64,000 nt of DNA from Myxococcota bacterium (GTDB lineage: Bacteria; Myxococcota_A; UBA9160; UBA4427): NCBI GenBank assembly GCA_041690055.1, contig JBDNFB010000227.1:2974-66973 (forward strand), in the 5' to 3' direction. Both the position numbers and the translations under genes were made by a program. Below, piece after piece: positions 47,879 to 56,779 of the stretch. The notes under the pieces were generated by a model that was not told the origin of the DNA, ran no database searches, and worked only from the letters and a program-made list of their open reading frames with translations. How positions within the stretch are numbered: the first letter of the stretch is position 1; every line of letters begins with the position of its first letter.

Positions 47879-49540
47879 TTGCTTCGGCGAACGGAGAGTT
47901 TCTTGAGCAGTTCAGAAAACCCATCGGGGGCTGAATCCGGCGCCGCAAGCGCCCAACAGCCGCCCCTACCGCCTAAGCCACCCGGTCACTTGCTCGTCCT
48001 GAGCCTGAGCGGGGACCTCACGACGAAAGCGGACATGACACGCCGGAAGATGGTCTCGCGCCTCGTCGAGAATCTCCGCACCTCGATTCGCCAGAGTGGC
48101 CGAACGGGCAAAGTCGTTCAGGCCCGCAACCGGCTCTTCGTGCATCTAAACCCTCCGGAAGACCCTCCGGAAGCGGGCGCTTCGGGAGCCGTTGAGAGTG
48201 AGGGCGGAGCCGCGAGCGAGAAGACCCTCGACGACCGGGCCATGGCCGAGCGACTCGCACGCGTATTCGGCGTGCAAAGCGTTTCGATCGCTGAAACGGT
48301 GCCGTGGTCCTCGGCGGAAGAAATCGCGCAGGCAGGCTTTCGATTCGGAGAGGCGCATGTCCGCGGTAAGACGTTTCGTGTGCGCGCGCGACGCGTTGGC
48401 AATCGCGAGCAAATTCCGATCCGCTCCGTTCCCCTTGAGCGCGAACTCGGTGCGCTCCTCTATCCCGGCTCCGCCGGCGTCGACCTTTCCAATCCGGAAG
48501 TCACGGTCCACGTCGAGGTCGACGTCGAGAAGGCCTATTTGTTCGCAGACAAGATCAAAGCCCAGGGCGGTCTTCCCCTCGGCACCGCGGGGCGCGCGGT
48601 CAGTCTGCTCTCCGGCGGATTCGATTCGCCGGTCGCTTCCTGGCGACTGCTCAGGCGCGGTGTCGATCTCGATTACGTGTTCTGCAATCTCGGCGGCCGC
48701 ACGCATCAGCTCGAGACGATCACCATCGCAAAATATCTCGCTGACCATTGGCAATGCGGATCGCGCCCTCGCTTTCACGCGCTCGACTTCGACCCCGTGA
48801 GTCGTGAGATTCAAGCGCGCGTGAAGACGCGCTACTGGCAGGTGGTCCTCAAGCGGATGATGATCCGCGCCGCCGAGCGGATCGCCATGCGACTAAACGC
48901 TTCTGCGATCGTCACGGGCGAAGCAATCGGCCAGGTCTCTTCCCAAACGCTGCAAAACCTCTCGGTGATCTCCGAAGGCGCAGCGTTCCCGATCCTCCGT
49001 CCGCTGATTGGGAATAACAAAGAAGAGATCATCGCCGAATCAAAGATCGTCGGAACTCATGATCTCTCCGCCAAGGTGGGCGAGTACTGCGCCATCGTCC
49101 CCAAGCGCCCCGCGACTCATGCCCTCGCCCGCGTGATCGAACGCGAAGAGGCTCGCCTCGACCCCGCCGTGCTCGAAGCCGCCCTCGCCGGCCGCAGTGA
49201 GTTCATGCTCACCGAGCTCAACCTCGAAGCTTTCTCCGCCGACGACCTTGTCGCGCACGAGGTCGACGCGGGCGAAATCGTGATCGACCTACGCAGCAAG
49301 GCCGCCTACGACGGCTGGCACTACCCAGATGCGCTCTACTTTGATTTTGCGCAAGCCATTCGCGCCTACCCAAGCTTCGACGCCAAGCAGAGCTATGTGC
49401 TCTACTGCGAATTCGGCCTCAAGAGCGCGCACCTCGCCGACCTGATGCGCCGCGAGGGACTCTCCGCGCGACATATCGCCGGCGGCCAGCGCGAAGCGCA
49501 GAGATGGGCCGGCGCCTCGGGAAAAGAAACGGCCGAATAG
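47879..49540 (+). CDS. thiI: tRNA 4-thiouridine synthase ThiI with a C-terminal rhodanese domain
   Basis: THUMP (TFRVRARR.G), GGLPLG, PP-loop SGGFDS, GEAIGQVSSQTL.NL, EYC, rhodanese YCEFGLKS. Confidence 0.93.
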   Translation: MLRRTESFLSSSENPSGAESGAASAQQPPLPPKPPGHLLVLSLSGDLTTKADMTRRKMVSRLVENLRTSIRQSGRTGKVVQARNRLFVHLNPPEDPPEAGASGAVESEGGAASEKTLDDRAMAERLARVFGVQSVSIAETVPWSSAEEIAQAGFRFGEAHVRGKTFRVRARRVGNREQIPIRSVPLERELGALLYPGSAGVDLSNPEVTVHVEVDVEKAYLFADKIKAQGGLPLGTAGRAVSLLSGGFDSPVASWRLLRRGVDLDYVFCNLGGRTHQLETITIAKYLADHWQCGSRPRFHALDFDPVSREIQARVKTRYWQVVLKRMMIRAAERIAMRLNASAIVTGEAIGQVSSQTLQNLSVISEGAAFPILRPLIGNNKEEIIAESKIVGTHDLSAKVGEYCAIVPKRPATHALARVIEREEARLDPAVLEAALAGRSEFMLTELNLEAFSADDLVAHEVDAGEIVIDLRSKAAYDGWHYPDALYFDFAQAIRAYPSFDAKQSYVLYCEFGLKSAHLADLMRREGLSARHIAGGQREAQRWAGASGKETAE

Positions 49541-49543
49541 CCG

Positions 49544-49840
49544 TCAGTCGACTCGACCTGCTTCCGCAGCACGCGTGAGACATCCCCGGCAGATACATCC
49601 CGCACCCTGATCGCGCACGGTCGCTTGCGCAAGAAGCCCGGGCGGAAAGGTCTTCCCAACGCACCAGCACGGCCCGTCCGCCTGCTGACCGCCGGTTTCG
49701 TCCTGCCCACCTGCCGGTTTCGCAAGCGCGCAGTGATTAGGGCCTCTGCATAACACGCATACGCTTGCATCCGATTCTTCAGACGTTCTCGCGGGTCGCT
49801 TTTCCGAGGGCTCTTCCGAGGATTCTTCAGAGACAGTCAC
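49544..49840 (-). CDS. Cysteine-rich CWC family protein
   Basis: CVLCRGPNHC, CWC, CICRGC. Confidence 0.8.
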   Translation of the reverse strand: MTVSEESSEEPSEKRPARTSEESDASVCVLCRGPNHCALAKPAGGQDETGGQQADGPCWCVGKTFPPGLLAQATVRDQGAGCICRGCLTRAAEAGRVD

Positions 49841-50196
49841 GTGCAGCTCGGATCGAAAGAAGTTCCCGTAATCCCGGACAGCACCAGGGCCGCGAAGACC
49901 CAGAGCAGCACGATGCGGAGGATATGCATCCTGCGCCAGAAGCTGGCCACCATTTCATCGTCAATCTCGCCACCCCGCAACCGAAGCTCAAACCGTCGCA
50001 GCCAGAGCAGCCCCACGGTCCCGAGCACGGGAAAGAACAGATTCGCCGCAACCATAAAACTTTGAATCTCGCCAATCGAACAGCGCACGTCCGGCTCGCC
50101 GAGTGCGATCAGAAAGGCCAAGCCGTTCACGACCGAAAAAGCCACGATCGCATCGCAGTAGGTCACGATGCGATCCGCGAGCACTTCGCGTTTCAT
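49837..50196 (-). CDS. Small membrane protein
   Basis: Three hydrophobic helices; GGAGGG upstream; overlaps the CWC gene by 4 nt. Confidence 0.6.
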   Translation of the reverse strand: MKREVLADRIVTYCDAIVAFSVVNGLAFLIALGEPDVRCSIGEIQSFMVAANLFFPVLGTVGLLWLRRFELRLRGGEIDDEMVASFWRRMHILRIVLLWVFAALVLSGITGTSFDPSCT

Positions 50197-50309
50197 GATG
50201 ATGCCGCCCTCCAGCGCGGATTACGCCCCGGATAAACATAGCGTGACTGACGGCTAGCCAACCCGGCACGACACGGAACACGGGGTTCCTGGGCAGCGGG
50301 CGCTTTCCC

Positions 50310-50882
50310 TCATCTCTTTCGCCTCTCTCGCCTCTCTCGACGTGATTCCCATTCCCCCAGCAGAACTCGGCGCTCTTCTTCTGACATCGATCGCAGCTTG
50401 CGCATCTGTTCTCGGTAGGTCTCGCGCTCTCGCTTGGACATCCCTTCCCAGCGGTCGAGGTTGCGCTCCATTCGCTCAACATCCTGCGACGCGTTCGTCA
50501 GAAGACCGCGCAACTGCGCGCGGAGGGCAGAACGGTCGGCCGGCGATAGGCTCTCGATCTTCCGCACCTGCTCCCGAATCGCCTTGCGCTCCGCTTCGGG
50601 CAATTCCCTCACCTCGCTAATCAGCACCCGCCGCTCGACCGCAGAAAACTCGGGCAGAGCCTCCCGCAACCGCGAAAGCAATTGCCGCATTCTCCGTTTT
50701 TGCTGCGGTGCCGCCAACTCCGCTCGCGCATCCCGATCCCGTGAGGACCGCATGGAGGATCCCTCTGCCGGCGGATCGCCGCCCTCCGCAAAGCCCACGT
50801 CCGCTATAGCGACCGCGACGAGCACCGAGGCTCCGATGATCGCGAGCCTGGGCGTGAGAAAGCGAAACTCTCGAAATTTCAT
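50310..50882 (-). CDS. DUF3106-like exported helical protein
   Basis: Signal-like N-terminus; repeated LS/P.E.R units; third gene of the ECF operon. Confidence 0.65.
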   Translation of the reverse strand: MKFREFRFLTPRLAIIGASVLVAVAIADVGFAEGGDPPAEGSSMRSSRDRDARAELAAPQQKRRMRQLLSRLREALPEFSAVERRVLISEVRELPEAERKAIREQVRKIESLSPADRSALRAQLRGLLTNASQDVERMERNLDRWEGMSKRERETYREQMRKLRSMSEEERRVLLGEWESRRERRERRKR

Positions 50883-51535
50883 CCCTGCCCCCCCGCTTCT
50901 CGTGCCGCTATAAAATCAAGCAGCTCCAGCTGCTCCACAATTTCTAGATCTTCCGGCGAGGCCAGGCCCAGTTCGGAAAGATCGCCCGCCCACTCCACGT
51001 ACCCGAGCGCGGTGACCATCGCCTCCTCCTCGGGTCCCGCCTGTGATTCGGCCCCTAGTCCCGCCTCCGATCTGGCCGCAACTCTGGAATAGGCCAAACC
51101 TTCTGCAAGCGATGCCGTCGCGCCGACCCGCTCTTCCACCTCTTCACCTCGCAATCGCGCGTCGTCGCCCGAGCCGACCGTGAAGAAAAACATTGCTGCC
51201 GCTGCGGCGGCCAACCCAAGCCCCAACCCGAAAGAGCTCGCAGACCTCGGCCATCCGGTCTGCGCGGTCTGCGCATCCGCAGGCGCCTCTTCCGCCCAGT
51301 CAAGCCGTTCGTGCAGCGTTTCGAGTGAGGCAGCGATCCGCGCCTGATCGGCCGGCTCTTCCGCCAAAGACCGAAGCGCTGCATCTACTTCGTCGAACGC
51401 CTCTGCCCTGGAAGCGACGGCATCTTGCACAAGCAGTCCATCCAGCTCGGCCCGCTCTGCCACCGAAAGCGCATCATCCATGCCTGCGGAAAGCAGCGCG
51501 TCCACCGAATCGTCTCTGTGTGATTCATCGCTCAT
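50879..51535 (-). CDS. Putative anti-sigma factor (single TM)
   Basis: LLSAGMDDALS..ER..L N-terminus, one TM helix, ATGA overlap with the sigma factor. Confidence 0.7.
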   Translation of the reverse strand: MSDESHRDDSVDALLSAGMDDALSVAERAELDGLLVQDAVASRAEAFDEVDAALRSLAEEPADQARIAASLETLHERLDWAEEAPADAQTAQTGWPRSASSFGLGLGLAAAAAAMFFFTVGSGDDARLRGEEVEERVGATASLAEGLAYSRVAARSEAGLGAESQAGPEEEAMVTALGYVEWAGDLSELGLASPEDLEIVEQLELLDFIAAREAGGQG

Positions 51536-52197
51536 GATTCTGCCTCCAAAGTCTTCCGCGTTTTCGCCGCAGCCACTGGAACGATCGACGTCTCGTCTTC
51601 GGCTTGGATCTGGTCTGCCAGCTGCGCACGCGCCCTGTGCACTAGAGATTTCACTGAAGCCGTCGAGGTTTCAAGCACAGTCGCAACCTCGGCGTACGAA
51701 TACCCTTCGACGATGGCGAGCCAGAGCGCGCTCCTCTGCCGCTCCGGCAACTCGCCTAACGCCTCATGAATGCGACTCTGGGATCGCCGCGCATCCACCT
51801 CCTCATCCTGAGAGGGGAGCGGCGAGACAAGCGACACAACCTTACGCGTGGCCGCGGAGGATGCGGAGGAGCTGTAGAGTGCGGAGCTCGCGGGGGCGTC
51901 CGTCGTAAAATGCGGACTTCGATTGCGCGCTCGATCCAGTTCATTGAGCGCGAGGTTCCGGCCGATCCGAAAGAGCCAGGTCGAGAAGCGAGCCTCGGCC
52001 GAGTAACGGTCGCGCGCGCCATGAACTCGGATAAAGGTGTCTTGCAAAAGTTCTTCCGCGGTCGCTCTATTTTTCACGATTCGCTCCAGGTAGCGGAGCA
52101 GAGGAGCAGCCCACCTCTCGTAGAGGGCTGACAACGCATCGCCGTCCCCCTCACGAAACGCGAGCATGAGCTGGATATCGGGGTCCACTGGCTGCAT
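51532..52197 (-). CDS. ECF RNA polymerase sigma factor
   Basis: AEELLQDTF, FSTWLFRIGRN, LPERQR, GYSYAEVA, VKSLVHRAR. Confidence 0.93.
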   Translation of the reverse strand: MQPVDPDIQLMLAFREGDGDALSALYERWAAPLLRYLERIVKNRATAEELLQDTFIRVHGARDRYSAEARFSTWLFRIGRNLALNELDRARNRSPHFTTDAPASSALYSSSASSAATRKVVSLVSPLPSQDEEVDARRSQSRIHEALGELPERQRSALWLAIVEGYSYAEVATVLETSTASVKSLVHRARAQLADQIQAEDETSIVPVAAAKTRKTLEAES

Positions 52198-52215
52198 TCC
52201 ACCTCCGCTGATGGG

Positions 52216-52243
52216 TTCAACCGGCGAGTCCCCAAGAAGTTGC
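52216..52243 (-). promoter_or_regulatory. Candidate ECF autoregulatory promoter
   Basis: Minus strand GCAACTT-N15-GTTGAA just upstream of the sigma gene RBS (GGAGG). Confidence 0.4.
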
Positions 52244-52269
52244 GCGGACAGGGGGGCGACTGAAGAGAG

Positions 52270-53094
52270 TTAGAGCGAATTTAGGAAACGAATGATCTCT
52301 TGATTGAACCGCTCGGTCTGGTCAAGGTTCACGATATGGCCCGCATCGGGGATCACGACATGCTCGGCCTGAGGCAACTTCGCCGCCATCACCTGGCCGG
52401 CGCGAAGAAAAGCCTTGTCGTGCTCGCCCACGATCACGATCGCCGGAACCGCCAGATCCGCAAGCGCATCGATCACCGAGGGCGCCGGACCCGAAACTTC
52501 GCGGCCGAACCGCGCCACGCCCGGAACACCCTGCGCGATGATCGCTCGAGCGGCCGCCTGGGCCGCCGGCTGTTCTGGCTTGAGGCCGACACAGGTTGTG
52601 CCGGCTCGCCCGTTCACGAAATCTTCGAAACCCCGTTTCTCGAGGAAGCTCGCCGTGCGCTCGACCTGCGAAGCCCAGCCCTCTGCGGCCTCCTTGTTCT
52701 TGAACCCCGGCCCCGAATCGATCAGTGCAAGCCCCGCAACCCGGTCCAGATGACGCACCGCGAAATGAAGAGAGGCAAGTCCGCCAAACGAAAGGCCGGC
52801 CGCCACAAAGGGCTTGTCCGGCGTCGTCGCCTCGGCAACCGCAAGCAGATCCGACACCACCAGTTCAATCGAATAGGACGCGTCTCCCTCCGGCGCTTCC
52901 GACAAACCGTGTCCGCGCAGATCCCAGAGCACAACGCCGTATCCGGCAGCCACAATCGGCTCGACCTGCGTGCGCCAATTTTCATGCGTCGTGCAGTAGG
53001 CGCAGGAAAATACGATCGTCGCCTTCGCCGAGCCTTCGGGCTCGTGATGTTCGTAGTAAAGCGACACCCCGTCCGTCGTTTCCAGATGCGCCAC
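52270..53094 (-). CDS. Alpha/beta hydrolase
   Basis: WDLRGHGLS, GLSFGG nucleophile elbow, GEHD, AGH. Confidence 0.9.
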   Translation of the reverse strand: MAHLETTDGVSLYYEHHEPEGSAKATIVFSCAYCTTHENWRTQVEPIVAAGYGVVLWDLRGHGLSEAPEGDASYSIELVVSDLLAVAEATTPDKPFVAAGLSFGGLASLHFAVRHLDRVAGLALIDSGPGFKNKEAAEGWASQVERTASFLEKRGFEDFVNGRAGTTCVGLKPEQPAAQAAARAIIAQGVPGVARFGREVSGPAPSVIDALADLAVPAIVIVGEHDKAFLRAGQVMAAKLPQAEHVVIPDAGHIVNLDQTERFNQEIIRFLNSL

Positions 53095-54827
53095 TAGCGA
53101 ATCTCCACAAGCATGGGCGGAATCAACAGCGGTGTGCCCGAGGGCAGAGCCTCCGCCCAAGACACGACCTTCGCAACCGGTTCAGGCAAAAAGCGGAGTG
53201 GGCTCGTCGCCTTCACGCTCGTCGACCGAAGCACACTGAAGACCTGTTCCGAGAATGTCTTCTGCTTCGGGAAAGGAATCAAGAACACATCGTCATCCGC
53301 AGTGAGGCCTACCTTCTCTTTTGCGTGGCGCACCGCCGTGTAGAGCCCCCCGAGTTCATCCACGAGCCCACGGTCGAGCGCCTGCTGCCCCGTCCACACG
53401 CGCCCCTGCCCCAGGCCATCCACTTCTTCTGTCGTCAGACCGCGACCGTTTGCAACGCGCGTGAGAAAAAGTTGATAGGTATCGAGCACCGAGGTTTGCA
53501 GCCGCGCCAGCGACGCCGGCGACATCTTCTCGCTCGAAAGCAGGAAATCCGCATGCTTGCCTCGCGTGAGCGAGTCGATCCCGATCTCCAACTTGTCGAG
53601 CAAACCGCCGACGGTGGGGCGAAGCGCGAAAACACCGATCGAACCCGTCAGCGTCCCCGGATCCGAGACAATCGAATCCGCCGCGGCCGCAACGTAGTAG
53701 CCGCCCGAAGCCGCCACGTCCGAAAACGACGCAATGACCGGCTTGCCCATTTCACGTGCGCGCATGATCGCACGCCAAATCAGTTCGGAAGCGAGGGCGG
53801 AGCCGCCGGGGCTATCGATGCGCAGGATGATCGCCGAGATCGAATCGTCTTCCGCCGCATCCAGGATCGCCCGCGAAACGGTATCGGAAGCAAAAGACGG
53901 ACCCGAGTCGACGGGGGAATTCCCGCTCTCGCCCTGAACGACAGTACCAGTGCCGTAGATGAGCGCGAATTCCGTCTGCGCATCGAAGCCTAACGTCGCC
54001 GGATCGGTCCCTGCGTATTCCGTATGCTGGACGACGTCTTCGCCGTAGCGATCGATGAGCTCGTCCAGATGCACCTCGCCGTCGATCAGACCGAGGGACT
54101 CGAGACGCTGATTACGAACCGCGCCGGTATCGATCGCATCCCGCACGGCTTGGGGTGTGAGGTTTCGACCCGTCGCAAGCCCAGACACGAAACGAGCATA
54201 GGCATCGTCGAGCAAGGAGTTGGCCATCTCGCGCGAAGCCTCGGACATGCCCCGAGCCGAATACGCCTCGACAGCACTCTTATACCGACCCGCCTTCGCC
54301 ACATCGAATTCGACGCCGATCTTTTCCATCAGACCGCCCAGGAAGAGATATTCCGCCGCCATGCCGACAAGCGGCACGGCGGCCCCGGGCGCCACGAAAA
54401 GCTCGTCCGCCGCGGTCCCGATATAGAGTTCCTTGTTCGCTGAAAAGTTCTGGATCTCAAGATGCGCAACGGTATGAATATCGTTCTCGCGCAAGCGCCC
54501 AATCGCGGCGCGCAACTCGTCAGCCTTGCCCCAGCCGATATCAAGAGCACGAATCCGCAGCACCACCGTTTTCAAACGTTCGTCCCGTTCTGCGAGCGAG
54601 AACATCGACAGCAGCCCCAAGAACGGCCGCGAAGAGTCGCCGGCCAGACGAGCCAGGGGCGACGCCGCCGGCCCTTCGATGTAGCTGCCGCCCATTTCGA
54701 TGACGAGCGTGCTGTCCTCGGCGACCAGGACGGGCGCTGGGCCACTCATTTGGCGCGATACGAAGAAAACGCCGAACGCGAATAGAAGAAGAAGGATCAG
54801 GATGCGGATCTTGCTGCCGGTGCTCAT
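53094..54827 (-). CDS. sppA: Signal peptide peptidase SppA (67K type)
   Basis: [44 protein letters not shown]. Confidence 0.93.
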   Translation of the reverse strand: MSTGSKIRILILLLLFAFGVFFVSRQMSGPAPVLVAEDSTLVIEMGGSYIEGPAASPLARLAGDSSRPFLGLLSMFSLAERDERLKTVVLRIRALDIGWGKADELRAAIGRLRENDIHTVAHLEIQNFSANKELYIGTAADELFVAPGAAVPLVGMAAEYLFLGGLMEKIGVEFDVAKAGRYKSAVEAYSARGMSEASREMANSLLDDAYARFVSGLATGRNLTPQAVRDAIDTGAVRNQRLESLGLIDGEVHLDELIDRYGEDVVQHTEYAGTDPATLGFDAQTEFALIYGTGTVVQGESGNSPVDSGPSFASDTVSRAILDAAEDDSISAIILRIDSPGGSALASELIWRAIMRAREMGKPVIASFSDVAASGGYYVAAAADSIVSDPGTLTGSIGVFALRPTVGGLLDKLEIGIDSLTRGKHADFLLSSEKMSPASLARLQTSVLDTYQLFLTRVANGRGLTTEEVDGLGQGRVWTGQQALDRGLVDELGGLYTAVRHAKEKVGLTADDDVFLIPFPKQKTFSEQVFSVLRSTSVKATSPLRFLPEPVAKVVSWAEALPSGTPLLIPPMLVEIR

Positions 54828-54972
54828 CGGAATAGTCGCCTTCGCTTGGAGGGGGCCGCGGATCGGTGGCGGCGCACGGGTAGATCGTATCAGATGGTGC
54901 TCCGAGACCCCTCGGGCCACGGCTCTGGCGAGGGGGTAGGTCGAGTCGTCCAATTTCGGTTAGCCTGACAGA

Positions 54973-55815
54973 ATGAGTTCAGACAAGCCCTTCCGATTTT
55001 TGCCCCACCACCAGGCCCCTGACGAAGTCGGCGACGATCCGATCATCTTTGCCTGCCGGGGGCGAGAAATCCTGGTCACCGAGACGCTGCATCTCCCCAG
55101 CATGCAGGAGATCAACGAGCAGGGCTTCGAATCCATCCGCAACCAATACCTCGGCGAGCTCGATGGGCGTCACTGTTTCTCCGCGGAGCTGCCGGCGAAG
55201 GCGGAAGAAGACACGGGTTTCAAATTCGCCAGCCTGCACATGCTCTACGGCACGCTCGACGAGCTGACCCACGCGATTGCAGGCCGGGCGGTCCAGATTG
55301 TGGACTGGGACAAGACGCATCAATTCTGCGGCGCCTGTGCTTCGCCGACCGAACTCTCGGAGTCGGATCGCTCGCGCGCCTGCACCGATTGCAAGGTTCC
55401 TATGTACCCGCGCCTCTCTCCCGCGATGATCGTCGCCGTCGAAAAGGACGACCAGATCCTGCTCGGTCGCTCGCCGCATTTCCCGCCCGGCATCATGAGC
55501 GTGCTCGCTGGCTTCGTGGAGCCGGGCGAGAGTGCGGAAGAAGCCGTCCGGCGCGAGGTCTTCGAAGAGACTTCAATTCTCGTCAAGGACGTCGAGTATT
55601 TTTCGAGTCAGGCCTGGCCTTTCCCGAACTCGCTGATGTTGGGCTTCAAGGCCAAATACGAGTCGGGCGAAATTGAGGTCGACGGCGTCGAAGTCACGGA
55701 AGCGGAATGGTTTTCCGCAAGCGATATGCCGAGCTTCTTCCCCGGACGTGTGAGTATCTCGCAGTGGCTGATCCACGACTTCCTGAAGCGCAACGGGCAC
55801 GACGTACCGAGCTAG
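54973..55815 (+). CDS. nudC: NAD(+) diphosphatase NudC
   Basis: FCGAC...CTDC...YPR, AGFVEPGES.EEAVRREVFEET, SQAWPFPNSLM. Confidence 0.95.
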   Translation: MSSDKPFRFLPHHQAPDEVGDDPIIFACRGREILVTETLHLPSMQEINEQGFESIRNQYLGELDGRHCFSAELPAKAEEDTGFKFASLHMLYGTLDELTHAIAGRAVQIVDWDKTHQFCGACASPTELSESDRSRACTDCKVPMYPRLSPAMIVAVEKDDQILLGRSPHFPPGIMSVLAGFVEPGESAEEAVRREVFEETSILVKDVEYFSSQAWPFPNSLMLGFKAKYESGEIEVDGVEVTEAEWFSASDMPSFFPGRVSISQWLIHDFLKRNGHDVPS

Positions 55816-55861
55816 GCGAGCTAGGAGCCTGACCCAAGACGCTGAAGAACGCTCAGAGCCG

Positions 55862-56722
55862 CTAGAGATAGACACCCAGAATATTTCCGCGAGCCGGCGG
55901 GTCCTGGTCGTTTTCGATCGCGCGATGCCGCGCCTTGATCGCGTCCCGGAAATACTCATCGGTCTGGATCCAGAAGCGGCCTTCGACGATCGCAGCGAGC
56001 ACGAGTTCGGCGACTTCTGACGAAGGTTTCGCGTTTGCGTACATCTGGTCGAGGTAAGCCTTCATCTCCGGTGCGGGCGTCGCGTCTTCGATGCCGGCGT
56101 TCATCAGCTCTTTGGGTCGATTCCGTTCGGAATGAGTGATGTTCGTCGCGACCACGCCGGGACAGAGGCAATGCACGCCCACGTCGAGGCCCGCCTCCGC
56201 ATGTTCGCTGAACAGACCTTCCGCAATCGACACGACGGCATGCTTGGTCGCGTTGTAGGGTATCGAGCCTGGGAAGCTGGTCAGACCGGCGACCGAGGCC
56301 GTGATGACGATATGACCCGAGTTCCGCTCCCGCATCTGCGCGAGGAAGGTCCGCAGTCCATGGATGACACCGTAGAGGTTCACGTCGATGGCCCATTGCC
56401 AGTCCTTTGTCGAAAGCTGGTCCGTGGGACCGCCACCACCAGACACGCCCGCGTTCAGAATCAGCAGATCCGGCACGCCAAATCGCTCCCGGGTCGCCTC
56501 TGCGAGGTGATCCATTTCCGACTCGCTACTCACGTCGGTCGGCACGGCGAGGGTGCTCACGCCATGCGCCGCGATCTTCGCCTCCGCTTCGAGCAGGGCC
56601 CCCTTCTCGATATCCGACAAGACGATATTCATTCCCGCCTGGGCGAACGTCTCCGCCATAGCGAAGCCCATTCCGCTCGCCGCCCCCGTGATCAAAGCCG
56701 TTTTGCCTTCAAAATCCTGCAT
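55862..56722 (-). CDS. SDR oxidoreductase
   Basis: TGAASGMG, LNAGV, TASVAG, YNATK. Confidence 0.9.
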   Translation of the reverse strand: MQDFEGKTALITGAASGMGFAMAETFAQAGMNIVLSDIEKGALLEAEAKIAAHGVSTLAVPTDVSSESEMDHLAEATRERFGVPDLLILNAGVSGGGGPTDQLSTKDWQWAIDVNLYGVIHGLRTFLAQMRERNSGHIVITASVAGLTSFPGSIPYNATKHAVVSIAEGLFSEHAEAGLDVGVHCLCPGVVATNITHSERNRPKELMNAGIEDATPAPEMKAYLDQMYANAKPSSEVAELVLAAIVEGRFWIQTDEYFRDAIKARHRAIENDQDPPARGNILGVYL

Positions 56723-56779
56723 TCAGACCTCTCCTCTTCCTGGTTCTCTTTCGCCGTGCCGTCATGATAGAATCGCCGC

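Noticed and set aside
47879-49540. ThiI-rhodanese fusion as novel
   Set aside because: Same architecture as E. coli ThiI
50310-52197. ECF / anti-sigma / DUF3106-like trio as a novel system
   Set aside because: A commonly seen ECF gene arrangement; reported as features only
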